From Vicugna vicugna (lineage: Eukaryota), in NCBI GenBank assembly GCA_013265495.1, contig MU061544.1, forward strand, positions 334,214-398,213: 64,000 nucleotides of DNA. Direction: 5' to 3'. Shown here piece after piece: positions 38,041 to 49,967 of this stretch (positions are counted from its first letter, which is position 1; each line of letters opens with the position of its first letter). A model generated the notes under the pieces. The model saw nothing but the letters and a program-made list of their open reading frames with translations. It was not told the origin of the DNA and did not search any database. Made by a program: the position numbers and the translations under genes.

Positions 38041-38591
38041 ATCACCCTGTTATTTATTGAGGTAATGTAATTCCTTAAATAAGAATGACTGATTAGATTT
38101 CATCATTAAGCAAATTTAGTTTTATCTCCCACTCTCTCTCTATTTTTATTGAGTATGGACAGTTTATTCTTCAGGCTCAGGATGAAAATTCCAGGAAAGC
38201 CCCACGGTTTCTCTAGTCACAATGAAGTAATAAAGTTCAACTGTTGCTATAGTTTCAAAACACAGTCTTCATTCAGCAGTTAAGATATCCAGTCTCATAA
38301 AATGATTTTTTAATGTCTCAATTTGCTGTAAAATTTAGTCTTCACACCCACCCACCTGAGCTTGGTTCCACTTCAGGCAGAAGTCAACTTCATTACCACC
38401 CAGACATTTTCATGCTCTTCCCTCACCTCACCATTCATAGTATATGACTACAACATGGTTGAATATTGGGAAAGACAAGAGGCAGACTGACCAGGAAAGT
38501 TCCTGCTTGCTTGGTAATAGCATAGTTCTACCTCCAGCACTCTTTCGATATGGTAGGTGATTGAATCTGACTTTGTTTTCTTCATGTTCAC

Positions 38592-39753
38592 TGTGATGAA
38601 CTAATTTTAAAAATGCCCCCAGAATGTAAACTGGTGCAGCCACTATGGAGAATAGTATGGAGGTTCCTTAAAAAATTAAAAATAGAGCTACCATACGACC
38701 CAGCAATTCCACTCCTGGGCATAGGTCTGGAAAAGATGAAAACACTAATTCGAAAAGATACATGCACCCCAATGTTCATAGCAGCACTATTCATAATAGC
38801 CAAGACATGGAAGCAACCTAAGTGTCCATCAACAGATGACTGGATAAAGAAAATGGAAGATTATTTAGCTATAAAAAACAATGAATAATGTTATTTGCAG
38901 CAACATGGATGGACCTAGACATTATAAGTGAAGTAAGTCAGAGAAAGACAAATATCATATAATATCACTTACATGTGGAATCTAAAAAACGACACAAATG
39001 AACTCACTTATAAAACAAACAGACTCACAAAGAAAACATATTTATGGTTACCAGAGGGGAAAGATAGGGGAGGGCTAAATTAGGAGTTTGGGATTAACAG
39101 ATATACACTATTATATATAAAACAGTCTATATAAAACAACAAGGACCCACTGTATAGCACAGGGAACTATATTCAACATCTTGTAATAACCTATAATGGA
39201 AAAGAATATATGTATGTAGAACTGAATCACTTTGCTGTACACCTGAAACTAACACAACATTGTATAACCTATACTTCAATTAAAATAAAATTGCAAATGC
39301 CAAAAAAATGCCCCCAAGTCTTTATCCCTCCCTTATCTATCGCCTTTTCCCCCAAACTTAATAATACTCCTTCACTCTGACTCTGGGGATGGTCACATGA
39401 CTTGTTTTGGGCAATGGAATGTAGCTAATCGTGATGTTAAGTAGAAGTTTGAAAAATGGTTGTGTAAATGGGCTTGCCTTCACTTTTGTGCCTCTGCCAC
39501 TACCATGAGAACATGCCTGTATCAGCCTGCTAGAAGATAAGAGGCACATGTCATCTCAGTTGTTGTAGTCAAAAGCATCCTAGATAAAGCTGAGAGTTCA
39601 ACAATCCCTAAATGTGTATATGAGCCAAGCCAAGAACAGTGGAGACACCTAGATGACAATCTTAGATACATGACCACAAATTATTATTGTATGTGGAAGA
39701 GGTTTTTGGTTGTTTGCTATGCAATACTGGTGTGACAATGGGTACCTAATACA
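38592..39753 (+). mobile_element. MLT1-family MaLR LTR interrupted by L1
   Basis: TGTGATGAACTAATTTTAAAAATGCCCCCA|AGTCTTTATCCCTCCC...GGTCACATGACTTGTTTTGGGCAATGGAATGTAGC...CCTAATACA. Confidence 0.75.
38622..39303 (+). mobile_element. 5'-truncated L1 (ORF2 C-terminus + 3' UTR)
   Basis: ORF 38613-38888 reads [34 protein letters not shown]...[33 protein letters not shown] (L1 ORF2p C-terminus). Perfect 13-bp TSD AAAAATGCCCCCA (38609-38621 / 39304-39316) at a TTTT/AA site. Confidence 0.95.
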
Positions 39754-40779
39754 GGTTCTTGCATGCCTTCCTTTGGGGCTCCCCTAATTACGGGGAAATA
39801 TCGCACATGCTTTTTTCATCATTTAAGAAAATCATAGGCATTTCTGTGCTCATGAGTTGCCCTCTAATTCTCCAGCTTCTAAACAACTGAAAAAACTTCC
39901 TGATCACTTATTCCATGACCTAACTAGCATTTCCAGATTAACACTGAACAAAATTTAAGAAAATCATATACCTACTTTCTCTCATTCATGGTCCACATCT
40001 GAGCCACAGGAAATATTCATACAAGTTTTACCCAAGTAAACCTTTGGAGTGAAATCGAACTGCTACACAGACAGCTCTCTCTTTCTGCTGGTGTAAGTTA
40101 AATGCCAGTTCCCAGTGTCCATAAAATTTATGGGGACACATATTAAGCTCCTTGTGGCATCACATTGACCCCTCTCTTTTGACTTGGGATTTGGAAGTAA
40201 TATCACACCCTTCTCCTTCGGCACAGAAGGAATTCACAACACAATTTCATCTAAATATGCTAAAAAAAAAAAACCACTCTCAAACTCTGAAGCTATTATG
40301 ACTCTATTTGAGGTTAGGAAGTATAATACCTTCCCACTCTGGGGGTAAGGAGGCTCTTAAGGCACAGTTGTCACTGAAGAAGATGCTCCTCCCAACCTTT
40401 CTCTAATCAAACCCACCATTTAATATTCCTTCTAGGGTTAGGAAAACTAAAATTTCTCTGTGAATGCTCTCAGTTACTTTTAACATTTTCATACCTTGGT
40501 CTAATACATTATTTTGTAATGGCTTTAAAACAACATTTCCATTTTGAAATATTCTTTTACTATGTTTCTTGAACACACACTGTATTTCAGACTCTGGAAG
40601 ATGAATGCAAGTTCTGCTATTTTTTTTTTTTCAGTAAAAGCCACTGGATCTCACAAATATTCACCTTGACTGTTGCTACTAAGGCCTTCCTTACTAACTC
40701 CTCCCCCTTACCCAGACCTCCTAAAGACAAAAACTGGCTTACATTATATAGACTATTCACACTATCCAGGCACAAACCA

Positions 40780-40808
40780 AACACACAGACACAGACACAC
40801 ACACACAC
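40780..40808 (+). repeat. Imperfect (CA)n microsatellite
   Basis: ACACACAGACACAGACACACACACACAC. Confidence 0.85.
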
Positions 40809-41562
40809 TCTTTATACATGTCCACACATGCACATACATATTCGTATTCAAGGAAGGAAAACTAAAAAGGATTGCAAAAAATTTATATACACATTATTTC
40901 TTCTGTACATATTGTCTGGTTTCATTTAGCCTATTTGGTTGTTCACTGTTCACTGCTCAAGAGCTGTAATTTGATGGTAAACATACAGCATGGACCAATC
41001 TGACCAAGACCTGAACGTGAACCTGCAATTTGGATGAGGCTGCTGATAGAGACATGTCCTAAATTTCAGCCACAGAGAAAGCAGCCACTTATAGGAAAAG
41101 CACAATTTTCAATGAGCAAAGGAAAAAAAATGTGCATTTGGCATCAGGAGCCCAAGATAAAAAGAAAATAAAAAACAGAGAAATTTCAATAAATAAACAT
41201 AGCATAGTGGCGGGTAGTTAAAAGCAGTGATATTCAGGGACCATGAGCAGGCAGGTGTTTAGCATCATGGAAAGCTAGTAGCTATGACAAAGTCCTCAGT
41301 CAGTTGGTTGGTGGAGTAGATAAAGAAGTTGCCAAAAGTAAATGAAGCCCTGATTTTGCAGGGATCAGAGTATTTTGTAGCATATGAAGGAGGATGGCAA
41401 TGAATTAATGAGGTCCTATCTATTGATTACTCATTATATTTGAGCCCTGAATTTAATAGTTGGCACTCATTTAATACCTGTGAGATAGAGTTATTTAACC
41501 CATTATGGAAAGTAGGAAAACAAAATTTGCATATGTTAAAGTTATGGTCACACAGTAAGGAG

Positions 41563-41978
41563 ATAGTAGATTCACTCTCCCCTTTCATAGTGAAGGGTTG
41601 ATTATTGAGAAATGACTGCCTGGCCAGAGGCTCCATTTCCCCACATCCCTTGTAGCTAGCTGAGTCCACAGGACTAGTTCTCATTAGTGGCAAGTGAGTG
41701 GAAGTGATTTGTGCCTCTTCTAGGTCAAAGTGTTTAAGTAGTCAATGTACCTTCTCTGTCCTTTCTTTTTTCATTTTCTGGCTGTAAGCAAATATCTCCA
41801 AGGCCCTAGCCTACGGTAGAGCAACCAGAGGGAAGAAATCTGGCCTTACCCATTACATGGTTAAAAGTTATCCTTGAATATTCATATTTAACTACTGCAT
41901 TAGAAAGAAACATTTATTGTATTAGTTGATTTCTGAGGCTTATCAGTTACAGTATGTAGCTCAACACACACTAATACA
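41563..41978 (+). mobile_element. MLT1-family (MLT1J-like) MaLR LTR
   Basis: CATTTCCCCACATCCCTTGTAGCTAG...GACTAGTTCTC...GTGAGTGGAAGTGAT...ACTAATACA. Confidence 0.8.
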
Positions 41979-41999
41979 GTCCTCTTAATGAGACATACT

Positions 42000-42140
42000 A
42001 TCTAATAAAAAAACTAAAGTGTGTTGAGTGAGTACCTGTTTTAAGGGGTTGTAAGAACAAATGTTAACACATTTGTAGAAAGCTCTTTGTATGAACTAGA
42101 CACATAGGTAGTACGATATATATTTAGAATGACTACGATG
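42000..42140 (+). mobile_element. MIR fragment
   Basis: GTACCTGTTTTAAGGGGTTGTAAGAACAAATG..AACACATTTGTAGAAAGCTC...ACACATAGGTAG. Confidence 0.55.
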
Positions 42141-42754
42141 ATGATAATTTTGTAGCTTGACTTTAAATGTATTTTATCATTTTAGACTGAAAGATGGAAT
42201 TTTTAACTCAATTCAATAAATATGGAAACCAAATATCAGAAGACTCAACACATTTGTCACAGCATTGGAACAAACCCAAGTCATTAGTTAAGGATGGCTC
42301 TTTTCTTGTAATATCATGACACTTTCTGGGTAAGAAAATAGAAAACCAAAACTTCCTGCATTTGTTAAGCAGCATGGAGTTTAAAAGGTATGACTGAAGC
42401 CTTGAGAAAAATTTAAAAGCTCATTTATTCTAGCTGGGGTACAAGATCAGGAATGAGTCAAAAATGAAGGCTGATGATGAATTACTTAAATTCCTCCAGC
42501 ACAAAGCTGGGAGTGGGGTTGAACTGCCAGTACAAGTCAAAGACTACAGTTTTGTAAATATTAAGACTCTGGGGACTAAACCTTTAAATTAGTTCTGGGC
42601 ATATACTTCTTTCATCTATGCACTTGGGAATAGCATGGGGATAGGAAACCACTTTGCCAGGGATGTACTCAACTTAAAATCACAGGAAATGTGTTTTTAA
42701 CAGATCATCTACATTTGTACAAGTTACTCAAGTAGGAATGGCATGATTCTAGAC

Positions 42755-42951
42755 CACCATTATCCAATAGAACTTTCTGCATCTGCAATGATGGAAATAT
42801 ACCTACACTATTAAACATGTCAGTAACTACCCACATGTGGCTACTGCGTATTTAAAATATGGCTAAACCTGAGAAAATAAATTTAAAGTTAAAGAAAGTT
42901 AAAAATTAAGTAGCCACATGCAGACAGTGGCTATCATATTGGACAGTGCAA
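42755..42951 (+). mobile_element. MER3 (hAT-Charlie MITE)
   Basis: TATCCAATAGAACTTTCTGC..AATGATGGAAATAT...CCACATGTGGCTACTG...GGCTATCATATTGGACAGTGCA. Flanks TTCTAGAC / TTCCAGAA (6/8). Confidence 0.88.
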
Positions 42952-45337
42952 TTCCAGAATTACAGATATTATTCCAATAAAGAAATTGAATAGTCAATGC
43001 AAATCAACATGTGAATTAGAAAGATGCTTGAAATTTAGGGGGGAATAGGTGACATTAAAGAAATACAAGATTTGGAGAACTGAAGCTACGTCTACATAAA
43101 TGTAAATCATTCAGTCTAAGGGATCAAATCCATGTCCATGGAGTGAGTATTAGAAGCTAAAACTTAAGGCAATTTGAAAAGACATTATGCCTGGCTATGC
43201 AAACAGATTTGATGTTTCAAATCCTAAATCAAATGTTCAGCTGTTTCTGAGCTTCCAAAGTCTCCATCTATGCTTTTATCCACCACTAGACCCCAGTTAG
43301 TAAGTGAATTTGCCTCCTACTTCAGCGGGAAGATACAGGTAATATGACGTGAATTCCTTCACTTTTCCTTCCTACTCTCTTAATCTTTATTTTAATAAGT
43401 CTCCTCCTTTTTTTCCCCCAGAGAAAAGGGAATTAACATTTGATGTCAATTACATATCTCCTTCATTTACTCTTGACTTTACTAACACTTGCTTTCTTAG
43501 AGGCCATCAAATTAAGCTTGGCTCTCTTTTATGAGTCCAGTCTTTATTAATTTCTCTCTAGTTAAGTTTATAAATACACTCAAAAGATTATAATCATTAA
43601 AACCAGCCAACCAACCAACGAAAAATTTCTCTGAGTCATTGCCAGTGATCGTGTGTACACCATGTTCATTTCCTTATCTCCTTCATCCTTTAAGCCATGT
43701 GTTCATGGTTTCCTCTCCCAACATCTAATGAGTTTCCTCTTTCAAAGTTCAAAATGTCCTCAATTACAACTTGGACTGTGAAGTCTACAATTTTCTTTAG
43801 ACAATTTTCTTTAGTAATATCCATAATTGATATGTGTTGATGATGTCAAGTTTCAGAAAGATATGGTGCATAAATTTGCATGGCTCAGTTGGCAGATGGA
43901 CTAGAGATGCCAACTTTTATCAGAGATACCGTTAATTTTATTTCCCTCTGAAAGACTGAAATACGTTTGCTATCAGAGTAGTTATTCTAAAGGATCGTAT
44001 ACCTTTTTCACGGCATTTAACTTTATTAAAAATGTTCCGAAATAAAATGAAATTGCTATGTTACAAAGAAAATAGTGTTACCTGGCATATTAACAAAAAG
44101 TACTAAACTTAGTTCATGGAAATAGTTTGAAATTCTAGTGACAGAATAAAACATTCTAACTGTGGCAGCATAAAAGGATCTGCAAAAAGGAACTCAATCT
44201 TCTGTTTCAAGTTGTAGTTTTATCCGATGGCTTAAGTATCTTTATCTGATATGGGAGCATTCAGTACATACAATAATATAGTTGTGGAGATGCTAAAACC
44301 ACTCATATTAAAATGTGAAGCATCATAATATTCATGGAATACTTTAGGCTATGTCTATAATGCCAAATAAAGGTCATTTCAACAATTAAAGACTACTTTT
44401 TTATGCCTTTGAGATCTCAAGTAATTGATTTCTATGGGAAAGTATCATAAATATTACATTAGTATTTGTTGGTAAGCAAGAACATTTTTTCAATCATGTT
44501 TTGATATTTTATGTTCTTCTAAAAACACAAATTGCAAGTTAATACAGAAGTTACTGAGAAATCAGAAAGATAAGTTGAAATCATTTAAAAATAAAAGCCT
44601 CCAACTTGAGCCCTTTTAGAAAGAATATAAACAAAACCATAATGAGCTGGATTCCAAAGCTTAACACTGCAACCCAGGAAAAGAAGGGTAAAAGGATTAA
44701 AATGATTTATTCAAAGCAATAGTAATTTAGCAGCTGAATAAGGACCATAGCAGTTTAAGAACCAACCAGCCAGGCAGATACCTTTATTGCCTACCTGTAG
44801 GTGATGCTAACAATGGTTTAAATAAGAAACAAGAGTGTTCGGTAGCTCAGATTTCCAGGTGTATCACCTTTTATTATACGAAAAGGTAAAGAGTACCTCC
44901 AAATAGGAATTACAAAACATTCCTTGTCTGGTGACTTATCCATAACACACTTTTCTGCCATTTAAATAAAAAACTGCAGCATGTGATTATAGTCAATGCC
45001 ACCAAGCGTGAGCACAATCCAGTTCACAACCCCCTGAAGTCTGCAGTCTTAGATAAAATTTGAAGAACAATAAGTTATCATGGAGGGCTGTTTTATATTA
45101 GAATCCAAATTGTCATTTGTTTATTATCACTTCAAATAACTTTCCTGCTTCATAAAAGAAAGCTAGGGTAAGGGAAAATGACCAAGAAATGGAGATTTTC
45201 AGAAAATTTCTCTTCCTTGCCCCCTCTGCCCAGAACATTCTAGTACAGCCCATGTTATTGAATTAGTTAATAAAACCACTCCTGTAAAAAAGTTTCTTGC
45301 CCAATGTGTGACTCACATTACAAATTAAGGATATACA

Positions 45338-45421
45338 GGGGAAGGAAAATAGCTCAGTGGTAGAGTGCATGTTTAGCATGCACGAGGTCCTGGGTTCAAT
45401 CCCCAGTAAAAAAAAAAAAAA
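45338..45421 (+). mobile_element. tRNA-Ala-derived SINE (vic-1-like, short form)
   Basis: GGGGAAGGAAAATAGCTCAGTGGTAGAGTGCATGTTTAGCATGCACGAGGTCCTGGGTTCAATCCCCAGT plus A14. Flanks AAGGATATACA / AAGAATATATA. Confidence 0.9.
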
Positions 45422-45934
45422 GAATATATATTTCCATCTTTCTTTCTTTATAAAAAATGTATAGAATAAAAACTAATATTTAAATTAAAAATAGAATCTT
45501 CATCTTGGATATGACCAGACTTAGACATCAACAATTTCATATCACAGACTAAGATTCTATTTTTTGGATTTAAATATTAGTTTTTAGTCTATACATTTGT
45601 TTTTATAAAATAAAAGAGAGAAGTCTTATGTGTGGACACTCGTAGCGAACACTGTCATAACCGTGTCACACAGGGTAAGAAATACTTTTCTGTGTATGTA
45701 GAAACTTTTTACAAATATAGACCCAAAGCTGTGCCCAAAAGACTAGCAAAGTGACAACTATCTATTATATTGTAAAGATACTTTGACAGAATGTAAATGA
45801 AAAATTAATAGGTATGCAGATAATGTATTAATCTGCCAAATACCAAAATGTCTACATAGGCACAAAAATTTCCATATTTATTTCTTACTGGAGATAAAGA
45901 ACACAGACAAAAATATAACCACGACTTTGCTATT

Positions 45935-46225
45935 ATTTAATAGTAGTAGTAAGTAGCAGTCATAGCAGCAGCAGCAAAGAATTTAATTGTGCTAGTAGGT
46001 TGGTTCAGTTCAAATGCTTTTCATATATTAATTTATCTAATCTTTACAATAGCCCTGTGAGATCTGTACTAACATTCTCAATTCCCTTTTACATTTGAAG
46101 AAACTGAGGCAGAGAAAGTTTCACTGATTTGCCCAAAGGCATAAAGTTAGTAAGAAAAGAAAATGGGATTTGAATCCAGAGTATCTGGCTTCAGAGTCTA
46201 TATACTCTTAACCACTATTTCATAT
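45935..46225 (-). mobile_element. MIR (near full length)
   Basis: TTTATCTAATCTTTACAATAGCCCTGTGAG...TTTACATTTGAAGAAACTGAGGCAGAGA...GGATTTGAATCCAGAGTATCTGGCTTCAGAGTCTATATACTCTTAACCACT. Confidence 0.85.
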
Positions 46226-47974
46226 AGCCTCTATTAAAAAAGAAAAGTATATTTTAACTTTGTTGTGGATATCTGACACACATAAAGCAGCAGCACCTGA
46301 CAGCCAAGCGGTTCACATTTCAAAAAATGATTCTGGGACTTTAAAGCTGGGCCTGGCTCTGCCATGAGTTTTTGATGTGTACTGAACTTTTAGACTTCAT
46401 GAATACATTTCATTTTCCACATAACTTACCACCTTGGTCTCAGACACACTGTCAATATCAAGACAAGATGGGGAACTAATTTAATGGCAAGATATAACGT
46501 GTGTCGCATAGACACAATCTCTCACAAAAGTAAAACACAAACATATTGACTTTCCCTCCTCCAGGGACATGCTATTCATACATTTAACATATTCTCTGCA
46601 GTCCTATTAAAAGGAGAAATAGTAGGTGCTAGGCTAGTGCCTTTATGAAATAGAAAACTGACCGAATCTCAAGACACTGTACTGCATCTACTGGAAATCT
46701 GTTACAAGAAACTTATTATTTTAGAGTAAGACACATTACTTTTATCTGTCAGGATATTCTTGCAAAACATCTTCAAATCAATGACACGTATTATGTGAAT
46801 GCACCTCCTCCCTTAGATGTGACAACACTGGGTGCTGCACAACCCATGAGGCTGTACTCAGTGGCACTGAATCCACAGCCACTCAACTGTGGATCATTCT
46901 CTGAAGGTAGAGACAACAATCTCACTGCTGGGATGCAAGGATTCCATTCTGGGAATTTGTTCCCTGGAACCTTAGCTCCCATAGTCACAGTAACTACACA
47001 TTCTGCTGTTAGTAATCTATAAGCATTAGTAATAGTGAGTTGGATGTCAGGCAAGTTCTCAACCACCTCTACTGGAATCACTATGTGTTCACTTGAGTCC
47101 TGTTGACCAGATATATCTTTCTTTCCTTGGTGGTGACTTCTCCCCAAAAGTGAAATATCTGTTCTACTGGCTTTCCCCATTCACTAGGGCTTCCTTGGGT
47201 CCACTAACTAATTTAAAGGGTATCATATAACGGTTACATCCTAGGGATGGAAGCTAACTGGCTTCCCATCTCTTTTCTCCTTTCTACTCATCATTCAACT
47301 ACTATTCTCTCTTTTATATGGTTCAACATGAGAACATTCTCCATGTCATTCAAAGAAAGATGAAACTAAAAATTTCAGATTCCTCCTCATGTTCTCCTCC
47401 CATTTTTCAGATATTAAAAATAATCCTAAAATAAATCCTCTTACAATGTTTAAGAAGAAGAAATATAGGATGGTGGAATTTGATCCTTTTCTACCTCTAA
47501 CTTCTCATGATCTGCAAATGTGAATCCTCAGTAATGGCAAAAATTTAAAACATTCAGCTATTCTCTCTGCATAGGCAACGTTTTAAGGAGCTGGATCAAA
47601 ACAACAATCTCCATTTAAACCTCCTGTATCTAGGATAAAACATTAGACACATTTCCCTCTTTTGATCATCTTCCTTCAGTAAAGTTCGGATAGTTTAAAA
47701 CTGGGTTATACCTGACACAGCATAATGTCAAAATTACAATCAGTTGTATTTCATTATCCAGCATCACCAGCTCCAGGTCTTTTCTACCTATGTTTCCACC
47801 TCTAATTTGGGCATCATCTGGGCATTGGATCAAGTAAGGTTTAAATTTCTAATTTTCCTTGATGTCCTTTATTTAAGGCTTATAATCACAACAACTTTGT
47901 TTTCTTCTGTTAAATTTTATTTTTCTTGCATTTTTCATTACAAAAGCAATATACTTTCAAATATAAAAATGGTA

Positions 47975-48115
47975 ATACCAATTGCTATATGCTAGACATT
48001 AGACTAAGTGATATATATGTATATATATTCTTATTAATTCCTCATACCTCAATGAGGTAGATTAATATACCTATTATATAGATAACTAAACTGAGACACA
48101 GAGATTATGTGAAGA
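47975..48115 (-). mobile_element. MIR fragment
   Basis: TATATGCTAGACATTAGACTAAGTG...ATGAGGTAGAT...TATAGATAACTAAACTGAGACACAGAG. Confidence 0.65.
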
Positions 48116-49642
48116 ATGCTTTGCACAGAGAAGGCAGTGCATTTCTGTGCTCAGGGGCATGCAATCTGGAGTCCGATTCTGTGTATTAAAACTCTAGCAT
48201 CACAAGTTATTAGTTAGGCACAATAAACGAGTCTACCTCCACCATTCTCCTTGTAGTTGTAAAACACAGATTTCATCTGAGTAAAAGTTAATATTTTACA
48301 CTATCAGACCCCTATTGTAGACACATAAACATACATACAAATATACACCATTGTTGTTTCAGTTCATATACATGCCTGCAACAACGTTAGTTACTTGTAG
48401 ATGAAAAAGAGATCATTCAAAATGGTTTGTGTCACATGGTTTCCTTCAAAATACTTGTTTTGGATGTGGTCTTGTAAATATCTGTGCAATATACTGCTAG
48501 GATTTCTCAGTACCAGGACCCAGACAGCAATGGTATATTGTTATATGACTAGTTCAAACATTTCAGACACAGCTCACTGAGTCCCATGAGTCTATAAAGA
48601 CAAACTCAGCATTATTTTTATACATTGTTCAATCAATCTAACTGGGCAACATGATTTTCAAATTTTGGCATATTGAATTTTTTTTTTTTTTACTATTTAT
48701 TGAGCAAAAATTTATGTGTGAACTTTATGCAAAGCCTTTCTGGAAAATGCAAAGACAGATAAGCTATGGATCCTGCTCATTTGTGGTTTCTAATCCATTT
48801 ATATAGATTTAAAGCAAAGTGGAAGAGATGGCTTTAATACAAGGAGAGACTGATAACCAACCGATGACTCTCATAAAAGTAGGCACAAATAAACTATTAT
48901 AAATTGGAAGAGAAAGAAAAAGATTATGTCTAGATCTGGTAGTCAGAAAAGGATTACATCATCTAAGAAATAATATGCACATACCCTTCTACTTACATTG
49001 AACACTTCTACATAAATGATTTAAAAAAATCTTTTGCTAATACCTATGCAAGAACTTGAACTATATTACTAAATAATACAAAACTGTAATCAATATGATT
49101 CTCAGGTAATTCAAAAGGGGATTTTCATTTTGTAAAACCATTCAGATGATCATTTATAGTATTTTACATTGCCTAATATGTCTATCTGTAGAAACAAAGC
49201 AAGCTCCATGTTACTCCACTTTTATCTTTTTCAACAGTATAAGCAGACTTGGACTCACATACGTCCTAGTCATCTTCTTGGAAGCAAAGATAGGAACCAC
49301 AAATCATACATGTTTTTAATTCACAAATAATTCTTACTATATGTCAGGCACTCTTCTAGGTAATAAAGATAAAATAATGAACACAAGAAAAATGCCGCTG
49401 ACCTTACAGAGCTTTCATTGTAATGAGGGAAGCTGACAATATATAAACAAACAAATACATATTACTAAATACACTTATATTGTGTTGGGAGACGCTAAGG
49501 CTCTGAAGAAAATATGAAAGGGTAAGGGGACAGAGAGTTCACGGAGAGCAGTCAGGGAAGATGTCTATGAGGAGATGACAGAACGTTCCTGACAGATAAA
49601 GCAGCACGTGCATAAACAGTGAAGTAGAGATATTAGACTCCA

Positions 49643-49730
49643 ATTTTTTTTAAGTGGAGGTACTGGGGATTGAACCCAGGACCTCATGCATGCTTAGCAC
49701 GTGCTCTACCACTGAGGTATACCCGCCCCC
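49643..49730 (-). mobile_element. tRNA-Ala-derived SINE (vic-1-like)
   Basis: T-tract then GTGGAGGTACTGGGGATTGAACCCAGGACCTCATGCATGCTTAGCACGTGCTCTACCACTGAGGTATACCCGCCCCC. TSD GAGATATTAGACTC (49627-49640) / GAGATATTACACTC (49732-49745). Confidence 0.92.
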
Positions 49731-49967
49731 TGAGATATTACACTCTTTGAGAAGTAGCAAGGAAGGCTGTGATTCTGGAGTGAACCATGCAGGTTAGAAA
49801 GAGATGATATCAAATGGTAGGCGATTTAGGACATTACAGGGCTTTGAATCTCACTTGGAAGGAAATGGGTCTTAGCAGGAGGAGTCACATGATGTGATCT
49901 GAAATTTTAAATGACCATTTTTCCTGATGTTGATCACAGAATGCAAGTGAACAAAGATGGAGCAGAG

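Noticed and set aside
38613..38888. Protein-coding gene
   Set aside because: It is an L1 ORF2p C-terminal fragment of a 5'-truncated insertion; the same applies to 50373-50853 and 51758-52149.
44200..44255. U2 snRNA pseudogene (TCAAGTTGTAGT...TATCTGATA)
   Set aside because: Only two short words match. The U2 5' end is missing, the intervening sequence differs, and there is no TSD.
47430..47720. Short minus-strand acceptor-plus-peptide candidates (DHEKLEVEKDQIPPSYISSS*, DTGGLNGDCCFDPAP*)
   Set aside because: Very short, end in stops, match no protein I recognise, and no upstream exons are identifiable.
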